Assembly (NCBI GenBank): GCA_951406725.2
Contig: OX597832.1
Location: 15,748,001 to 15,812,000 of the forward strand
Reading direction: 5' to 3'
Origin: Octopus vulgaris
Taxonomy: Eukaryota
Length of the DNA: 64,000 bases
The notes under the pieces are model-generated. The model did not search any database, was not told where the DNA came from, and worked only from the letters and a program-made list of their open reading frames with translations. Made by a program: the position numbers and the translations under genes. Every line of letters starts with the position of its first letter. The first letter of the stretch is position 1. Shown here one piece after another: positions 29,339 to 46,334 of the stretch.

Positions 29339-31185
29339 CATTTTGTTGTATGTAAACATTCAATTTGTCTCAATAAATCAGCAGTCTCCTTCGATTTCGA
29401 TTTCTGTATTGAGTACGCCTATATTAATCCAGTCTTCGTTATATTTTTAATATCTGATAGCAAGGTGTGACGACAACGACGTCTACGTTTCTATATTCAA
29501 TACTTACCAGTCTTCTGAAATACGTGGAAAGCACTCCTTCAGTTTGAAAAATAGTTGGTCTTTATTATTCACATTATATTTCATTATTTTAAATGTATTT
29601 CCCTTTTTGTAGCTTATTTGTTTCTGTTACACGATTTCCCATGTATTGTTTCTGTCTGGGTTAATATATTCAGTTATACACCTCTTTTAATCCCCTGTTT
29701 ACTTACATACGATTTCCGTTCTAGTATAAAGTTATATGATTTATTATGTATTCCTTCCATACAGTAGCAGGCAAATCATATATTGATACGAATTTCTCGC
29801 AAGTGAAAGATATAGCTTTTACCGTCTTCTGATATTTAGTTGTTAATAGTGAAATACACTTTGGGTCATTGTTTAATTATTATTGCCAAAAATATAGTTT
29901 CGTCAAACATGGGTTGGTTCGGTACGAATCTTAATTTTTGTATGTGAGTTTCCTATCAGATCCTATGTATTATCAATAGGAATTGCGTGTGCGGTTTCAG
30001 ATATATGTAGAATTGCAGTTTCTCGTGAGTGTGTAATTGGTGATGCTATATGAATTTACAAGAAAAGTGAGGACTAGATGTCAGATGCGCCTCTCCCTGT
30101 GTGTATATCCTTGTCATCGAACTGATACGCCTAGCAAAAATCTATTTCTGATGTTCAAGAATGGCATGCTATTCCTAAGAAATTAGTTGTCGTAATTCTG
30201 TGCTTTTAACTAGCGTACCACATTGTCTAGATGTCTGAAAATATAATTAAATTTGTTGGCCAAAACCAATAAAATTTTTTTTTTTTGAAATTCAATTCGT
30301 TATATTCAACTTTGAAAAATAACCCATACTTGATATAGGCTGATTGAACTATAAAAAACGCATGTAATTCTCAGGGATTTCAGTATACACAAGCACCATC
30401 CAACATCACGGACTTTATCATCGAAAGCGAATCAAATGACAGCAAGCTCAGACAAGAATGTCCTTGTAGATAACCAAAAAACACTAAAATATAAAGAATA
30501 CATCTTAGAATGTTTTCAGGAAAACGAATTTCTAGGTATAAAACAAAAGAATTTAATAGAAAAACGTGAAACGTAGAACTATAGCACGTGAATGTAATAG
30601 GATATGATCCTTTCAAATTTAAGGTTTTTTATTTCATGGTATGTATCCTATTTAAAGATTCAATACATATCAGGGTGGATAGTATTTCAATCAAGAGATA
30701 AAATTAGCAAGGCCAATATAAATTAAAAGATAATTGCTTTAATGTATTTCGTTTATACTAATAATGATAAACATTTAAATGCATCAAGGCGTCAATAAAA
30801 AGGCGCAGTTTCCTGGAAGATATGTTATTAAACCTACACAATTTAGTGACTGCAAATTTGTAGAGGTATTTTCCTCCATTACGTTATATAATTTGTTTCA
30901 GTTTTGCTTGAGGATTTCAAGTGCAGAACATATAGTGGCAGAGTTGTTCGTATGTATACACAAAGATGCATAAGTATATATTTCGGATGGCGACCGCATA
31001 ATTTTGTCATTGACAATTAATAATTTCACGAATTACAGTATTACAGAATACAAATTGATATAATCTATTCAATACTGAAATGAATTAATTCAATTTCCCT
31101 TTACAAAATCTATCATAAATATCCACAACACAAGTCCTCTTTCTTTCTTCATCTGCATGCATGTATACATCTCTTGGTAGAGACA

Positions 31186-31251
<66 letters not shown>

Positions 31252-32530
31252 TCTCTATGTCTCTGGGTCGGCGTTTCTATGTACAGTGTATACATACATA
31301 TACAGAAACTGGTGGGTATAAAGAGAGAAAGCGAGAACAAGTAATGCCATTATATGACTAAAATAATATAAAGTACACAGGCCTTTTCAAAACGTTAGGA
31401 ACTGATTATCAAATTTAACAACCAATGCATTTCAATGAATTCATCTTCTTGACATTAAAAAATTTATCGTGCCTTTAGCGATTCAGCATTTCTGATGTAA
31501 AGATATAATCATTTTACTTGAAACTTGCACTGCACAATTATTGCACTTCCTTGGGGATGTAACTCAAATCACTATTGACATCTTTCAGAAACCATTGTGA
31601 ATAAGATATTATCTTGTATCCAATACGCTGAAGGTAATTATTTAAAACAAACGGTGAGAACGTTCAACTTTTCTTTAAATAACTACTTCTCTAACACTGT
31701 GTATCCCAGCAATTACAATATGTAGATTAAACTATAATAGTCAGTGAACCCACCAAACAATGGATCGTATTACTGTTTCTGTCGGCGAAACAACATTCTG
31801 TAAACAATACATCTAACGCAACAGGTGTTTCGAACATTTGAATACGTAAGCCTTGTCTTGTATATATATATATATATATATATTGCCTTTCAATTGTTAT
31901 TTGTTACTAAGCTGGAGTTTATATATAATAACTTTCCAAATATTATGTTTTCTAAATCACATATAGGAATACGAGTAATCCACAGATATATTGATAATAA
32001 ACTTACTTGCGGAGGTAAACGTTTCCTCTGTACAATTATTTCAAATATGTTGTAGTAGTTATATTAAATATTTCAAGGTATTTTCGAGGGAAATTTCATC
32101 ATGCAACTCTAAATATATGTATACGTGTGTTTAATTATGTGTGTGTGCGTGAGTGTGAGGTCATATATAATATTTATATATCGCCAATATAAACAATAGT
32201 TTGAAATGTTTCACCACAGAGGAGAAATATAATTCTCTTTAAATGTGACTAATATATATTTGACTGAAGTCAAATGAACTGCAGTTACCATGGCGAATCA
32301 ATTCTTTCTTATGGTAAAACTTGTAAAATCTGTTTATCTTCCCAATTACACTTCTGATGGATTAACAAGACGTAGCATTTCCATCATTTTAAACGTTATC
32401 AATGGGAAATACCGGAGAATGGTGGTTTGGGTAGGTTTAAAACAGCAACTTTTCATAAAAGTGACTGAGCTGCGTATTTCCAACAACGCCTGTGTGCGAT
32501 ACATAGAGTAGCGTGAGTATATATAATATA

Positions 32531-33600
32531 TTTTATTTTTTTATCTAGTTTCAGCGCACGAGCTGTGGCCATGCTGGGGCACCGCTATTTGGTTTTGCTA
32601 CATTATTTTACATCACGAAAACTTTTTAGCATTTGCCATTTGGGGCATGAGAGAGTTCGATGCAGCTGCCCTCATCTGCACCTCCTGTCGTGAAGTTGGT
32701 TCATCTGGGACACCTGACAGGAAGAGATCCAGTTTTATTCTAAACACATTTGCATCCACCCCATGCAGGTCTCTCAGGTTCTTCGGGAGGATATTGAAGA
32801 GCTGTGGGCCTCGGAAGCCCAGGCTATCACAGTATCTTGTCCTACATCTTGATGGCAAACCTGGAGTCCTTGGCACTATGCAGTGGCGCCCACTTCTAGC
32901 ATTTGTGTAACTCTCGATGCCAAAGTTTGGGACCAGTCCTTCTAGGATCTTCCAGGTGTATATTATGGCATATCTTTCTCGCCTACGCTCTAATGAATAG
33001 AGTCTGAATCTCCTGAGTCTTTCCCAGTAGCTTATATGCTGCACAGAGGCTATCTTCGTGTAGCTTCGTTGGATCGCTTCAAGATATGTGATTAACTTGA
33101 CACTGGATGGTGACGATAGCTGAGAGCAATAGTCAAAGTGGCTTACGATAAGTGTCCTCCAGAGGACCATCATGGTTTCCTGGTCTCTTGTTCTAAAGGT
33201 TCTAAGAATCCATCCGGTCAACCGCATACATTTCATTGCCAATTTAGCAACATGCACATGAAAGGTTGCATCATCACTCATGTAAATACCCAGGTCTCGC
33301 ACTGATTGTGCCTCTAGGATTGCAATCCCTCCAGGTCCAGTGTATTTATTGGGTATTGCATTTAGTTTTGCATGCTGATAGCATACAGCTTGGAACTTTT
33401 CAGCATTGAACGGCATGCTATACTTTTCAGCCTACTTGAATATTTTGTCCAGCTTACATTGCAGGTTCTTAGTGTCTTCAGGTTTCTGTATTGCCTGTGA
33501 AACATTTGTACCATCTGCATAACTTCTGATCGTGGCTCCCTGCGTGGCTGAGGGCATGTCTGAGAGGGCCATTATGAACAGTAGTGGTCGCGGCCCCAAC
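32531..33600 (-). mobile_element. 5'-truncated CR1-group LINE
   Basis: ORF 32613-33416 (VRDLGI, HFDYCSQL, LYSLERRRERY, GPQLFNILP), with upstream frameshifted LGP.LLF and SYADG(T). Same 3' end motif as 15591-15625. Confidence 0.95.
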
Positions 33601-33611
33601 AAATAAGTATG

Positions 33612-33686
<75 letters not shown>

Positions 33687-33714
33687 GTATGTATATATTC
33701 TTTAATTTTTTTCT

Positions 33715-33897
33715 GTTATTTGTTTCAGTCATTTGACTGCAACCGTCCTGGATCGCCGATTTTTCAATTGAGCACGTCGACGCAAGGACTTATTCTCTGT
33801 AAGCCTAGTACATATTTTATCGGATATTATTCTCGAATTGCTAAGTTATGGAGACGTAACTTAGTTACCCATCGGTTGTCAGGCGATGTTAGGGGTG

Positions 33898-33934
<37 letters not shown>

Positions 33935-34065
33935 TGTGTGTGTGTGTGTGTGTATGTATATGTATGTATCTATTTGATGGGCTTCTTTCAACTTCTGTCT
34001 AAGAAATCCAATCACAACGATTTAGTTGGTCCAAGGGTATAACAGACGACACCTGCCCAAGTGAC
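33715..34065 (-). mobile_element. Composite SINE family B (tail, microsatellite, partial head)
   Basis: Tail 33715-33897, (TA)n(TG)n, head fragment 33976-34065. Confidence 0.8.
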
Positions 34066-34486
34066 TAACATGAGTAAACTATGGTGTTTGTGTGTGGGTT
34101 TGTATATTTGTATATGTGTAGATAGATATATACGGTGTTATTTTCTTTTTTATTTTTTCCAAAATACGTGAAATGTTCTGCTTGACACCATAAAGCTTTG
34201 GTACAACGAGAATTTGTAATGCTTGTGCTTATAATGCGTTCCCGATAACGGATGTAATTGCCTACGGACATATCCTATCAAATTATCCTACGTGTATTTT
34301 GGTTTGGAATATTATTTATTAGTGTGTTGAAACGAATTCTGCTCTGTCTTCGGAGAGCGTTTTTGTCATTAACAATATAACGCTCCGGTGAATGTGTTAT
34401 TATCATTGTCATAATGACTCTCCCAAGACACAACAAAATAGCTATACCTGATTATCTATGTAACTCTCCCTTGTTATATATTTATG

Positions 34487-34540
<54 letters not shown>

Positions 34541-34583
34541 GACCCACACATAGACACACACATACATTCACACACACATACTA

Positions 34584-34618
<35 letters not shown>

Positions 34619-35023
34619 AGAAATAATTGATATTCTGTTGAATTAGATACGTACGTTGAGGCATGAAGTGAGACCGGTATTATCCACACAGTTCGAAGTA
34701 AGGTGAAAATATTTGAATTAAGTATCAGGATGTCGAGCTTTTGTGCAACACGACAGCTTCAAGCGGCTACATTTAATTGAACAATGCAACCATTACATTA
34801 ACTTATGTACAGTGATATCTTCAGTTGCAATAAATATGTATTTTCAACAAAAAGGAAGTTAACATAATTAACAATTAGAAATGAATTACAATCCGATGAT
34901 TTCCATTCGGTGCTACTCCAAAATTGTACTCCTCTTAGATTATCCTTTTATTCTTTTATCCTGTAGGTGTGATGAAATATTTGAGAAATATTATATTAAT
35001 ATATCTTCTCCTTTGAAAATCCT

Positions 35024-35168
<145 letters not shown>

Positions 35169-35494
35169 ATATATATATGAATTATTGGTATCTAGAAGAC
35201 AAAGAATGTCAGGTAACGCCAAGTAATTGAGAGACCGTAGTTAAACTGTTGTTTTTATAATGATACGAGCGAAGAGTCTAATGTGGGTCGTGTATTAGCA
35301 TACATATATATTACACAGAATGAGATAACAAATTCAAGACTGTGAGGAGTATTTAGGACATTTATAACGATATTATGGATAGTATGACATATAATTCAAG
35401 GCCTAAGTGTATTAGCTGAAATAGCTCATATAAAGAACCTGTTTTAATTAAGAATTTACACTAGTCTCTGTTGAAATATCTGGTCATTCATAGT

Positions 35495-35770
35495 AGGGGT
35501 TCATGGGCTCACAGCTGTTTAATTGTCTGCCAAACAATCTGAGGAGCCTTCGTGGAGTCGATATAGACGTGTTCAAACGTGAACTTGAACTGGCTCACCG
35601 AAATCCCGGATGAGCCAATATTTAGGCAAGAAACTCAAAAGAGGGCAGTAACGTCGAACTCCAACCTTCCCCAAAAGCCGCTCCGACAAAGGTGGATAGT
35701 TGAAAGATGATCACAATAGCCGTGCTCCAGCATGGCCACAGTCATTGGACTGAAACATATAAAAGAAAAA
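35495..35770 (+). mobile_element. Old CR1-group LINE 3' end
   Basis: GFMGSQLFNCLPNNLRSLRGVDIDVFKREL..IPDEP..RQE...RAVTSNS; terminus GTGCTCCAGCATGGCCACAGTCATTGGACTGAAAC. Confidence 0.85.
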
Positions 35771-36208
35771 AGAACAAGTGACCATGTACGAATGCGTATA
35801 TATTAAAGATAAAACGTTTGTACGAATCGGGTAACGACTTTAGCTGTAGGTCAAAAAATAAGCAAATATACAGAAAGTGAATTCATTCATCTGGAAGTAA
35901 CAATTGTCCAACTTAAGATGTAATTATGTCAGAAATCAATCCAGTGTTCATAAACTTCAAAATAACTTTGGAAAAGAATAATGTTGAAGAAAAATAAATG
36001 ACAAATGAGTAAACGAAATGTAAGAGACAGCCAAAGTTTATTCAACACACACGAGTTAACAGATTTCTAAGACGAATTTAGTCTCCGTAAGAGAAAGAGT
36101 TGGCTTTGTTCGACTAAACTATTTGACAGTACAAAATACTCTTTATTTCTAAGAGGCAATCCTGCTACATTTCTCATAACATACTAAAATCACACTTCAA
36201 CATATATT

Positions 36209-36296
<88 letters not shown>

Positions 36297-36354
36297 TGTA
36301 TGTATCTATGTATTTATGTGTGTGTATATATATGTATATGTTATATGCACACAC

Positions 36355-36413
<59 letters not shown>

Positions 36414-37192
36414 GTATATATATATATATATACACGCATACATATATGTATGTATATATATGATATAAGTGAGACTGTGTGTGTGAGTGTGTTCGCAAAA
36501 TATTTTTTCCTTATGTTACACATGCCAAGTTGCCAATATTTCTTGCGCAATGATGAATGAATAACGAATATTTTCATTTGTCAATGATGGCAACATTATT
36601 CATATTATAAATAGCTTATTGAATATTTGAGAAATATTTCTACATAATAGTCAGAAAATTGACAACCGTGTTAATATTTTGGAAATATTTAAGAGGTCTA
36701 TTTCTAGACCAATTTTATAGTTACCTTGAATGTTTTTTATAGGAAAAGAAAAATCTTCAAAACCAAACCAAACCAAAATCAAGCCTGACTAATCGATGTA
36801 GTGCCATGCAAAGGAAACCTTAGTAAAATTACCGATGAAGAAATAAAGAATTAAAGAGTTGTATCTATGTTGTTATTACGTGAGAAAGATTTTCGCTAAG
36901 AATGCTGCAGATTTTGACAGCTTTATTTCGGTGAGTAGAAAAGAAAGTAATTAGAATTGAATAATTGAAGCTTTGAAGAATTTTAGTTGCACACAAGAAA
37001 GAATACCAAATGCATACTTCAAAGAAAATATATTTAAACTAAAAGTAGGATTTCCAACTATATTGCCAATTTCTTTTTCGATTGACTTCAAACACATACA
37101 CGCATACATACATACGGACGTACGAATATATATGAAAGTATGTGCGTGCATGTGTGTATCATATGTATATGTGTATATAAATAGGTTTATTC

Positions 37193-37228
<36 letters not shown>

Positions 37229-37246
37229 GATAGATAGATAGATATG

Positions 37247-37300
<54 letters not shown>

Positions 37301-38491
37301 TATAGACAGATAGATATATAGATAGATGGATAGATAGACAGACATACGAACATTCACACAAACGTGTGTGTGAGCTAGTGTATGTGTGTGTTTATTTGAA
37401 GTCACTGATTGGAAAATCGACGGAGATAAATATTTAGTTTTTCTACATTAAAATCTTCAACATAAAACTTAATCTATCGCTTTCCTGTTATCCATTGTTC
37501 AAGTCGAAAATTTTAGTGAGTACAAATGCATTTGCTAGATGTGGCTGCAACAATACTTTTCTGGATGACTGGAAAAATTACTTTTAGTTGCACAAGTAAA
37601 CCAGATGATCGATGGCTCTACTCTTTAAGGAATTATTTTATGGTATATCACAACATTGAATAATTCTGCCGTACTAGGTTAGACCATCAGCTTCCCACTA
37701 TATATTCTCATTTCTATCAGAATTCGATGTCCAGGCGATGAGATAATATTGCACGGTGTGGAAGAATAAACATAGAAGTTCTAAAAATTATTATTTATAT
37801 AAATATTGTACTATTTTTTAAAATTCAGTAACAAACATCCCCACAGTCTATGCCACCGAGTGCAGCTCCCTATACAATCATAACTGCTTGATGGGGTAAT
37901 TTTAAAGACAGGTTGTATAGTGTAGCAAATTTCCGTGGACGATAGTCTCCATCGCAGAGAAGCATTGATTTTTAAGCTCCCACTTTTCAATTGCTGCGTC
38001 TGCTACTACTTTCGCCATTCAGACATAAGTCTAAAACGAAGACAATAAATCTATTTTGCTGGAAATAAACTGTTTGAGTGTTTATCCAAGAGAAACACTT
38101 TGAATGAATGGGCGATGGAATAGACTACAACATTTTTACAATATGAATGTGAGAGGGCATGTGTGTGTGCCTGTGTGCTTGTATGTGTGCGCATGCGTAT
38201 GTGTGCGTACGGGAAAGCGCAGTCCTTTTTTGGTTAGATTGTTGCGCACAGGTTTTGATTCCTGGATTCAGTGCTTCATTGTGTTCGTGAACAAAATTTG
38301 CACCCCAATGATTAGGTAAACGAAAAGAGGTTATTGCGTAACACTTCCTTAAAGATTGACAGCCATCTATAAAGCATATATAACTCATATTTTACCTGTT
38401 TCACTTCCGCGATTTTGAATGTTTCGCATTATTAGCAGCCTTAGATGCTACCCCCGAGATGTACCCAAAATATCAGGTTGTTGAACTATAC

Positions 38492-38545
<54 letters not shown>

Positions 38546-38546
<1 letters not shown>

Positions 38547-38712
38547 GGGGCAAAAGTGGCTATGTGGTAAGTAGCTTCCTAACAACCACGTGGTTCTGGC
38601 TTCAGTCCCACTGCGTGATACCTTGCGCAAGTGCCTTCTACTAAAGTCTCGCGCCGACAAAAGCCTTGTAAGTGAATTTGGTAGACGGAAACCAGAAAAG
38701 AACCCCGTGGTA
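38546..38712 (+). mobile_element. SINE family B head
   Basis: GTGGCTATGTGGTAAGTAGCTT..GGTTC.GG.TTCAGTCCCACTGCGTG..ACCTTG.GCAAGTG, followed by (TA)n. Confidence 0.8.
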
Positions 38713-38839
38713 TATATATATATGTATATATATGCAGTGTGAAGGGGCGTGGCTTAGTGGTTGAGGTAATCGTCGCACGGTCGTATGGTTGGTGTTCGAT
38801 TCTCGGCGGCGAGTTATTTGCTAGAGCAGTGTGTATCTG

Positions 38840-39157
38840 GTACCTAATTTATCGACCCCGAATGGATGAAAGGCAATGTCGACCTCGGCGGAATTTGAAC
38901 TCAGAACATAATGGCAGACGAATTACCTATTTCTTTACTACGCACAAGTGGCTAAACCCAGGGGTGACAAACAAGGACAGACAAACGGTTTAAGTCGATT
39001 GCATCGACCCCGGTGCGTAACTGGTACTTATTTAATCGATCCCGAATGTATGAAGGGCAAAGTCGACATCGGCGAACTTTGAACTCAGAACGTAGCGGCA
39101 GACGAAATACTGCTAAGCATTTTGCCCGGCCTGCTAACGTTTCTACCAGCTCGCCGC
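38840..39157 (-). mobile_element. SINE family A tandem dimer
   Basis: Two reverse-complement cores; head ends CGTTTCTACCAGCTCGCCGC. Confidence 0.88.
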
Positions 39158-39327
39158 TAAGGTAGAGATCGTATAAATTATGCATAATTATGCTTATGCA
39201 AATCATATCAACAAACATATGCCCGCTTTCTTTATTTCAACTGAAATGGGTATTTCGGGAAGTCTATTTATCCTAAAATATTATAGACAATGCACTGACA
39301 AGAGCTACACAAACACTGATATATAAA

Positions 39328-39663
39328 AGGGTAAAGACCCCCTTCGGTCATGAATGACCATGGGATTGCACCTAGAAAGTTACCCTCCTAGACACAAGTC
39401 CGGGCAAGGTTGTTTATGGAAGGCCAGCAGTCGCCCATGCATACCAGCCTCCCCACTCCACGACACAAGTGTTATCCAAGGGAAAGACAAAGGTCGATAC
39501 AGTTTGGCACCCGTGACGTCGCAACTCATTTCTACAGCTGAGTGAACTGGAGCAACGTGAAAATGAAGTGCCTTGCTCAAGAACACAACACGCAGCCCGG
39601 TCCGGGATTCGAGCTCACAACCTCACGCTCGACGCTCTAACCACTGAGCCATGCGCCTTCACT
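39328..39663 (-). mobile_element. tRNA-derived SINE family C, near full length
   Basis: Minus head GTGAAGGCGCATGGCTCAGTGGTTAGAGCG..CTCGAATCCCGG. Flanked by a direct repeat of CACTGATAT(A), a possible target-site duplication. Confidence 0.9.
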
Positions 39664-39884
39664 GATATATAGCATACATAAATTAAGTACAATATCATTC
39701 TACGTATGAGGCACTGAAAATTAGCTGTGCGTATTTGAAGAATAATTCTAATACTGTATAGTATAGTAACAACTACAAGAAGAAAGAATGCTACTACTTA
39801 AACCACATTATTGGTTGAACATTTAGACAAACTTACATATAGGCATACAAACACGGCTTATAAATATTTACTCAATTTACTGTT

Positions 39885-41273
<1,389 letters not shown>

Positions 41274-41941
41274 TATTTACTGTGAGTACTGATTACTATT
41301 TCAACTTCCGGAACGTATGCGTTCATATCAGTGTTGCTTTAGTAGAGACTTATACATATAAAATGGAAACACTTCTTCATATATTTTTTTTAAAAAACAC
41401 TGATTAATATCATAAATCAATATGTGTACATAACTTGACCGATGCCAGAGGATCAAGCCTCCGGTATGTTTACACACCCAAAAACTCCAGTATTTACAAA
41501 AGCTGGAGATACGAATGTTCATGCTCTCAGTATGTAAAAAATCTTAGTTTACCATCATCGACTTCTCGAGGGATATCACACAGTCATGCATATTCATACA
41601 TACATACACACATACATACATGGATACATATATTTATGATTCAGTTGAATCATAAATTGAGACACCTTGCTAGTTTGATATGATCTCCACACTCTAACAA
41701 TATTATTTGAATATTGAATATCAAGACTCCATGCGGGAATATTTGTACCCAATACTCCTGTCATGTGTGTAGACAACGCGAAACACAGCTCAGTAAAAAT
41801 GGCCGCACTTGGTATTTCGGACATGTGCTTTTTATAAAGGTACTTTTTTATAAAGGTACTTTCGTTAGTATTTCCGAAGTAGCAGATTCCACGTTAGACG
41901 AACAGGATATAAGTAACAAACATGTGCGCGCATCAATTAGC

Positions 41942-42122
41942 TACAACCGTTTTCAAGCAACTCCATTTCGTTGATTAATGAAGGGATTACAACGATAGGA
42001 AATAAATTGTTCTCAACAGATGAATGCATATACTTCAAACATAAAGGATGGAAATTTTTCAAAAAATTCTTTAAAAATCGTTTTCAATAATCAGTTAAAT
42101 GGAGCCGCTTGAAATGGCTGTA
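41942..42122. mobile_element. MITE with ~40-bp imperfect TIRs (Tc1/mariner-type TA ends)
   Basis: TACAACCGTTTTCAAGCAACTCCATTTCGTTGATTAATGAA versus the reverse complement of the right end, TACAGCCATTTCAAGCGGCTCCATTTAACTGATTATTGAA. Confidence 0.7.
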
Positions 42123-42154
42123 ATGAATTTATATACACACATGCATACATATCT

Positions 42155-42560
<406 letters not shown>

Positions 42561-43529
42561 CTGAATCGCAAACGGCAAAATAGTAGGAATATCGCACAAT
42601 ACCCAATGCACACTCGATTTATTAATCGTATTACTCATGAGAAGATAAGCCTATTCAAATTAATCATATTTCCAATACGCACTGTTCTGGTTAGAAATGT
42701 ACTAGAAATATATTAAGATGCACATTAAAAATTACCTTGGGTGACAAAATCTTTCCATTTTAAAGTTTCTAAGCACAAAAATTACCGAAAAGTCTGTGAT
42801 ATTTTGTATGCAATACATTTCATTATGATGTAAAACCCAATAATTCAATGCATTTTTGTAAAGGAAACATTTATGCTAACGCTTAATATTTTGCTTGCTG
42901 CAGTTGACAGTATTACAATTTTTTACTTAATCATTCGAAAATTCTTGATATGTAAGTGACGTAATTTAGTGATGTAGTTTCCTGAAATTTAGAGCGTTTT
43001 TATGTGGTAGTATTTTTTTAATATAAATATAAAATGTATTTCACGTTTACTAAAATACTTCAATTAATGCTGTAACACGAATAATATTCTAATAAGCTAT
43101 ACTTCCGTTTCGAGTCTGTTTTTTTTTATGTGTAGGTGGGCTGCATTACAAATAGTATCTACAAAGAGAAACACACACGCACACAGACACATACACACAC
43201 AGAGGCATACATATTATAAATATCTAAGGATTATTTTCCAACCAAGCTATATATCAAAAGGCCATTTACCACAAAGTTGTCCCACCGGTGACGCTAGTCT
43301 GGCGCAAAATACCTGAAATTAGATGATTACACTGTAGCAACATAAAAGGAAATGGTTTCTTCAAGAACACAAATTGAAACCATAATATTTATATCATGGG
43401 TCTAACAATGTAACCACCTACGCACACACACAGACACACACACTCACACACAGCACGACCGCGTACAGGTGCAAACACACAAATTCATATATGCTAATAA
43501 TTATATGTTTTATATATTTTTATAAATAT

Positions 43530-43705
43530 GTGGCACTCCGACAGTTACGAGGACAAGGTCTCCTGTTGATATGATAAACGAAACAGCCTGCTCGTGGAAA
43601 TTAACGCGCAAGTGGCTGAGCACTCGACAAACACGTGTACCCTTAAGATAGTTAGCGGGGAGACTCAGCGTGACATAGAGTGTGACAAGGCTGGTCCTTT
43701 GAAAT
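43530..43705 (-). mobile_element. SINE tail fragment (family of 51265-51535)
   Basis: AACAGCCTGCTCGTGGAAATTAACGCGCAAGTGGCTGAGCACTC...GTGTGACAAGGCTGG. Confidence 0.7.
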
Positions 43706-43717
43706 ACAAGAACAAAC

Positions 43718-44179
43718 GAGAAGAAGAAAGAATGAAAGAAAGTTGGGGTGAAAGTGTACAAGAGGTGTCGCTACCACCCCCTGCTGGAGCCTCGTGGAGC
43801 TTTAGGTGTATTTGCTTAATAAACACTCACAACGTCCGGTCTGGGAATCGAAACCTCGATCCTACGAGAGCGTGACCTCGCCCTTTTCAAGCCTCATGCG
43901 CCCGGTTTCCGTGTTTCTGTGGCGTATGTGTGCCCCCCCCACACCAGCTGGACGGGACGCCAGTCCATCGCAGCGTTACCCACGAAACGGGAAGAAAGAG
44001 TGAGTGAAAGTTGGGGCGAAAGAGTACAACAGGGGGTCGCCACCACCAACTGCCGGAGACTCGTGGTGCTTTAGGTGTCTTCGCTCAATGAACACTCACA
44101 ACGACCGGTCTCGGAATCGAAATCTCGATCCTACGAGACCGAGTCCGCTGCCCTAACCACAGGGCCTTTTCGCCTCCAC
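43718..44179 (-). mobile_element. tRNA-derived SINE family D with V-domain-like motif, partial tandem duplication
   Basis: Minus head GTGGAGGCG..GTGGTTAGGGCAGCGGACTCG..TTCGATTCC and motif GCGATGGACTGGCGTCCCGTCCAG. 43718-43870 duplicates 43990-44138. Confidence 0.8.
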
Positions 44180-44688
44180 ATAAGATATATATGAAAAAGG
44201 AAATTGTGAAGAGGAAAGAATTTGCCATGTTTTTTCTATGTGTTTCTGCATTGTCTAAATTTCTGTTCATTAAATTCTGATATTGCTATTTTGTTTCTTT
44301 CTTCTTCATACATTTCCGATTTTGACTTTCAGATTTATATCATTATGAAGTAAAGGAAAAAAGGTAAGAATGAACTAAAAGGAATAACAGCAAAATGTTT
44401 CCAGGGCATAATGTCTGAACAAAAATCTGCTTCAGTGTTCCTTACATTTATATACATTTTATCTGCTGAGACGCAATGCACATAAAAAGAAAGGATTTTA
44501 TCCATCTGAAGTTATTCATGCCGCGAAAACTTATACATTTAATTGTATCTTTATATCGTACAGCAATCGTGACTAATATTCATAGCATTCCTGATAAATA
44601 AGGCAACAGCAACTTTAACAGCAAGGACAACACTTTTTATGGGTTCGATGGCTGCGATGTATCTATTTTACTACTACTATGGCTACTG

Positions 44689-44754
<66 letters not shown>

Positions 44755-46334
44755 TTGCTTCGTTATTATTATTATTATTATTATTATTATTGTTATTTGT
44801 TTTATGATTCTTTTTAGGATGTTGTTGTTGTCTTGTTCTCTTGCGTGCTTTCTTTGAATTACTTCTCTGCAGCCCTGCGTTACTTGAACAGGCACATCAT
44901 TGTATTGTGTGTTATGCTATGCTTGTTTTAATGAAATTACAGAACTTCGAGTGTGCGTGGCATATAGCTATACAATTTAGCACGTCTTCTGCATATTTGT
45001 TAATTTGGGAAATTGTGGGATTTATTTTCCGAATTAAATATTATTATAAAACTGCCTTCGAATTTAACATCTGAATTAGATCTCATTTATTCATATATCA
45101 GTGTGTGTTTGAACGTTTGTGTGTTTAAAAATTTGGCGAAAAATTTAGTGACGCTTTAAAATCGATGGAATCTAAGATATCGATTAAGAGGCCCCTTTTC
45201 TTTTTTCAACAATTCATATTCTATAAACTAACATCTAGTACGTTATCATTCATACCCCATATAATTAAATATCCCTCGTTATAGTTGCTCAACCACGGCG
45301 GAGTATTTTCTGGTAGATTTTTGTCTCTCACCTGCTTTCCGCTGGTGTTTCATAATGCAGTGTATTTAAATACAACCGTTGCTGATAAAGTGGCTAATTG
45401 TTACTGTCCCATCTAAAATAATATTCTGCATTTACTTACTTATATTACACGCCATAATCAACTGCTACTATTTAAATTTTTGTAGAGTGAATTTTTATGT
45501 TGCAGATATGAAACATTTAGTTTCTACTGTGTGTTCTGCCCTTGTAATACTGTTCGATGTCATGTTTGTCTTTATTCATCTGATTACATTTCTAGACTAT
45601 AGAGCGTTTAGTGGGAATTTCTGCTACTATTTAATTCTGCGATGCTCACATGGAGTGCGTTGTAACCCCAATTTTTTTTTAAATGCTCAACATTTCTAGA
45701 TGGTAACTTATTCGTTTTGCTCACTTCTTTACTCTTCTAGCTCAGTGAGAGTGTCTTACAGATTGTGTAGCGCAGTTGTGGAATGTAGACGTCGTGTATG
45801 CTTAGTCAACACATGTGACAAACTTAAAGTTCATTTCAATGAGCAATCTTTAGTTCAAATTTTGATGTAATGCATATTGTAATGGAGATGGAGTGTTATG
45901 TTATATTGTGTTATGTGGTTAATGTTAGCATTCAGCAAATATATTTTTAAAAATCCTCAAAAGGTTTTATTTTATAGATATTCTCAAAATAAATGTGATC
46001 TGAATCTAAAATATTTAGTTTTGTTCCTAGTTTTATAAGTACATTTATTGCACTATGAATGAGATGGGTTTCCAAACTTCTCAGCAGTGATTGCAGATAT
46101 ATCCTTAACCAACGAAATGAGTATCTTTTGCATAATACTGAAGCAATGAACATATTTGTATTGGGGGGGTGTACACAAATCATATGACTGAATATGTTCG
46201 GAAAGGTGAAGTGACTAACGAAGTTCAGATGATATTATTTCTGTCGATCGGCTGCTGGTCCATTTATAATGGCTGGCTATAGCCACCTTTTTACCGGGAG
46301 GGGTGCACAGTTTCACTATAAAATATTATTATTG

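Noticed and set aside
39600-39663. tRNA-like sequences (also at 15678, 38738, 44110 and 10798)
   Set aside because: These are SINE heads: no complete cloverleaf, and they continue into repeat bodies.
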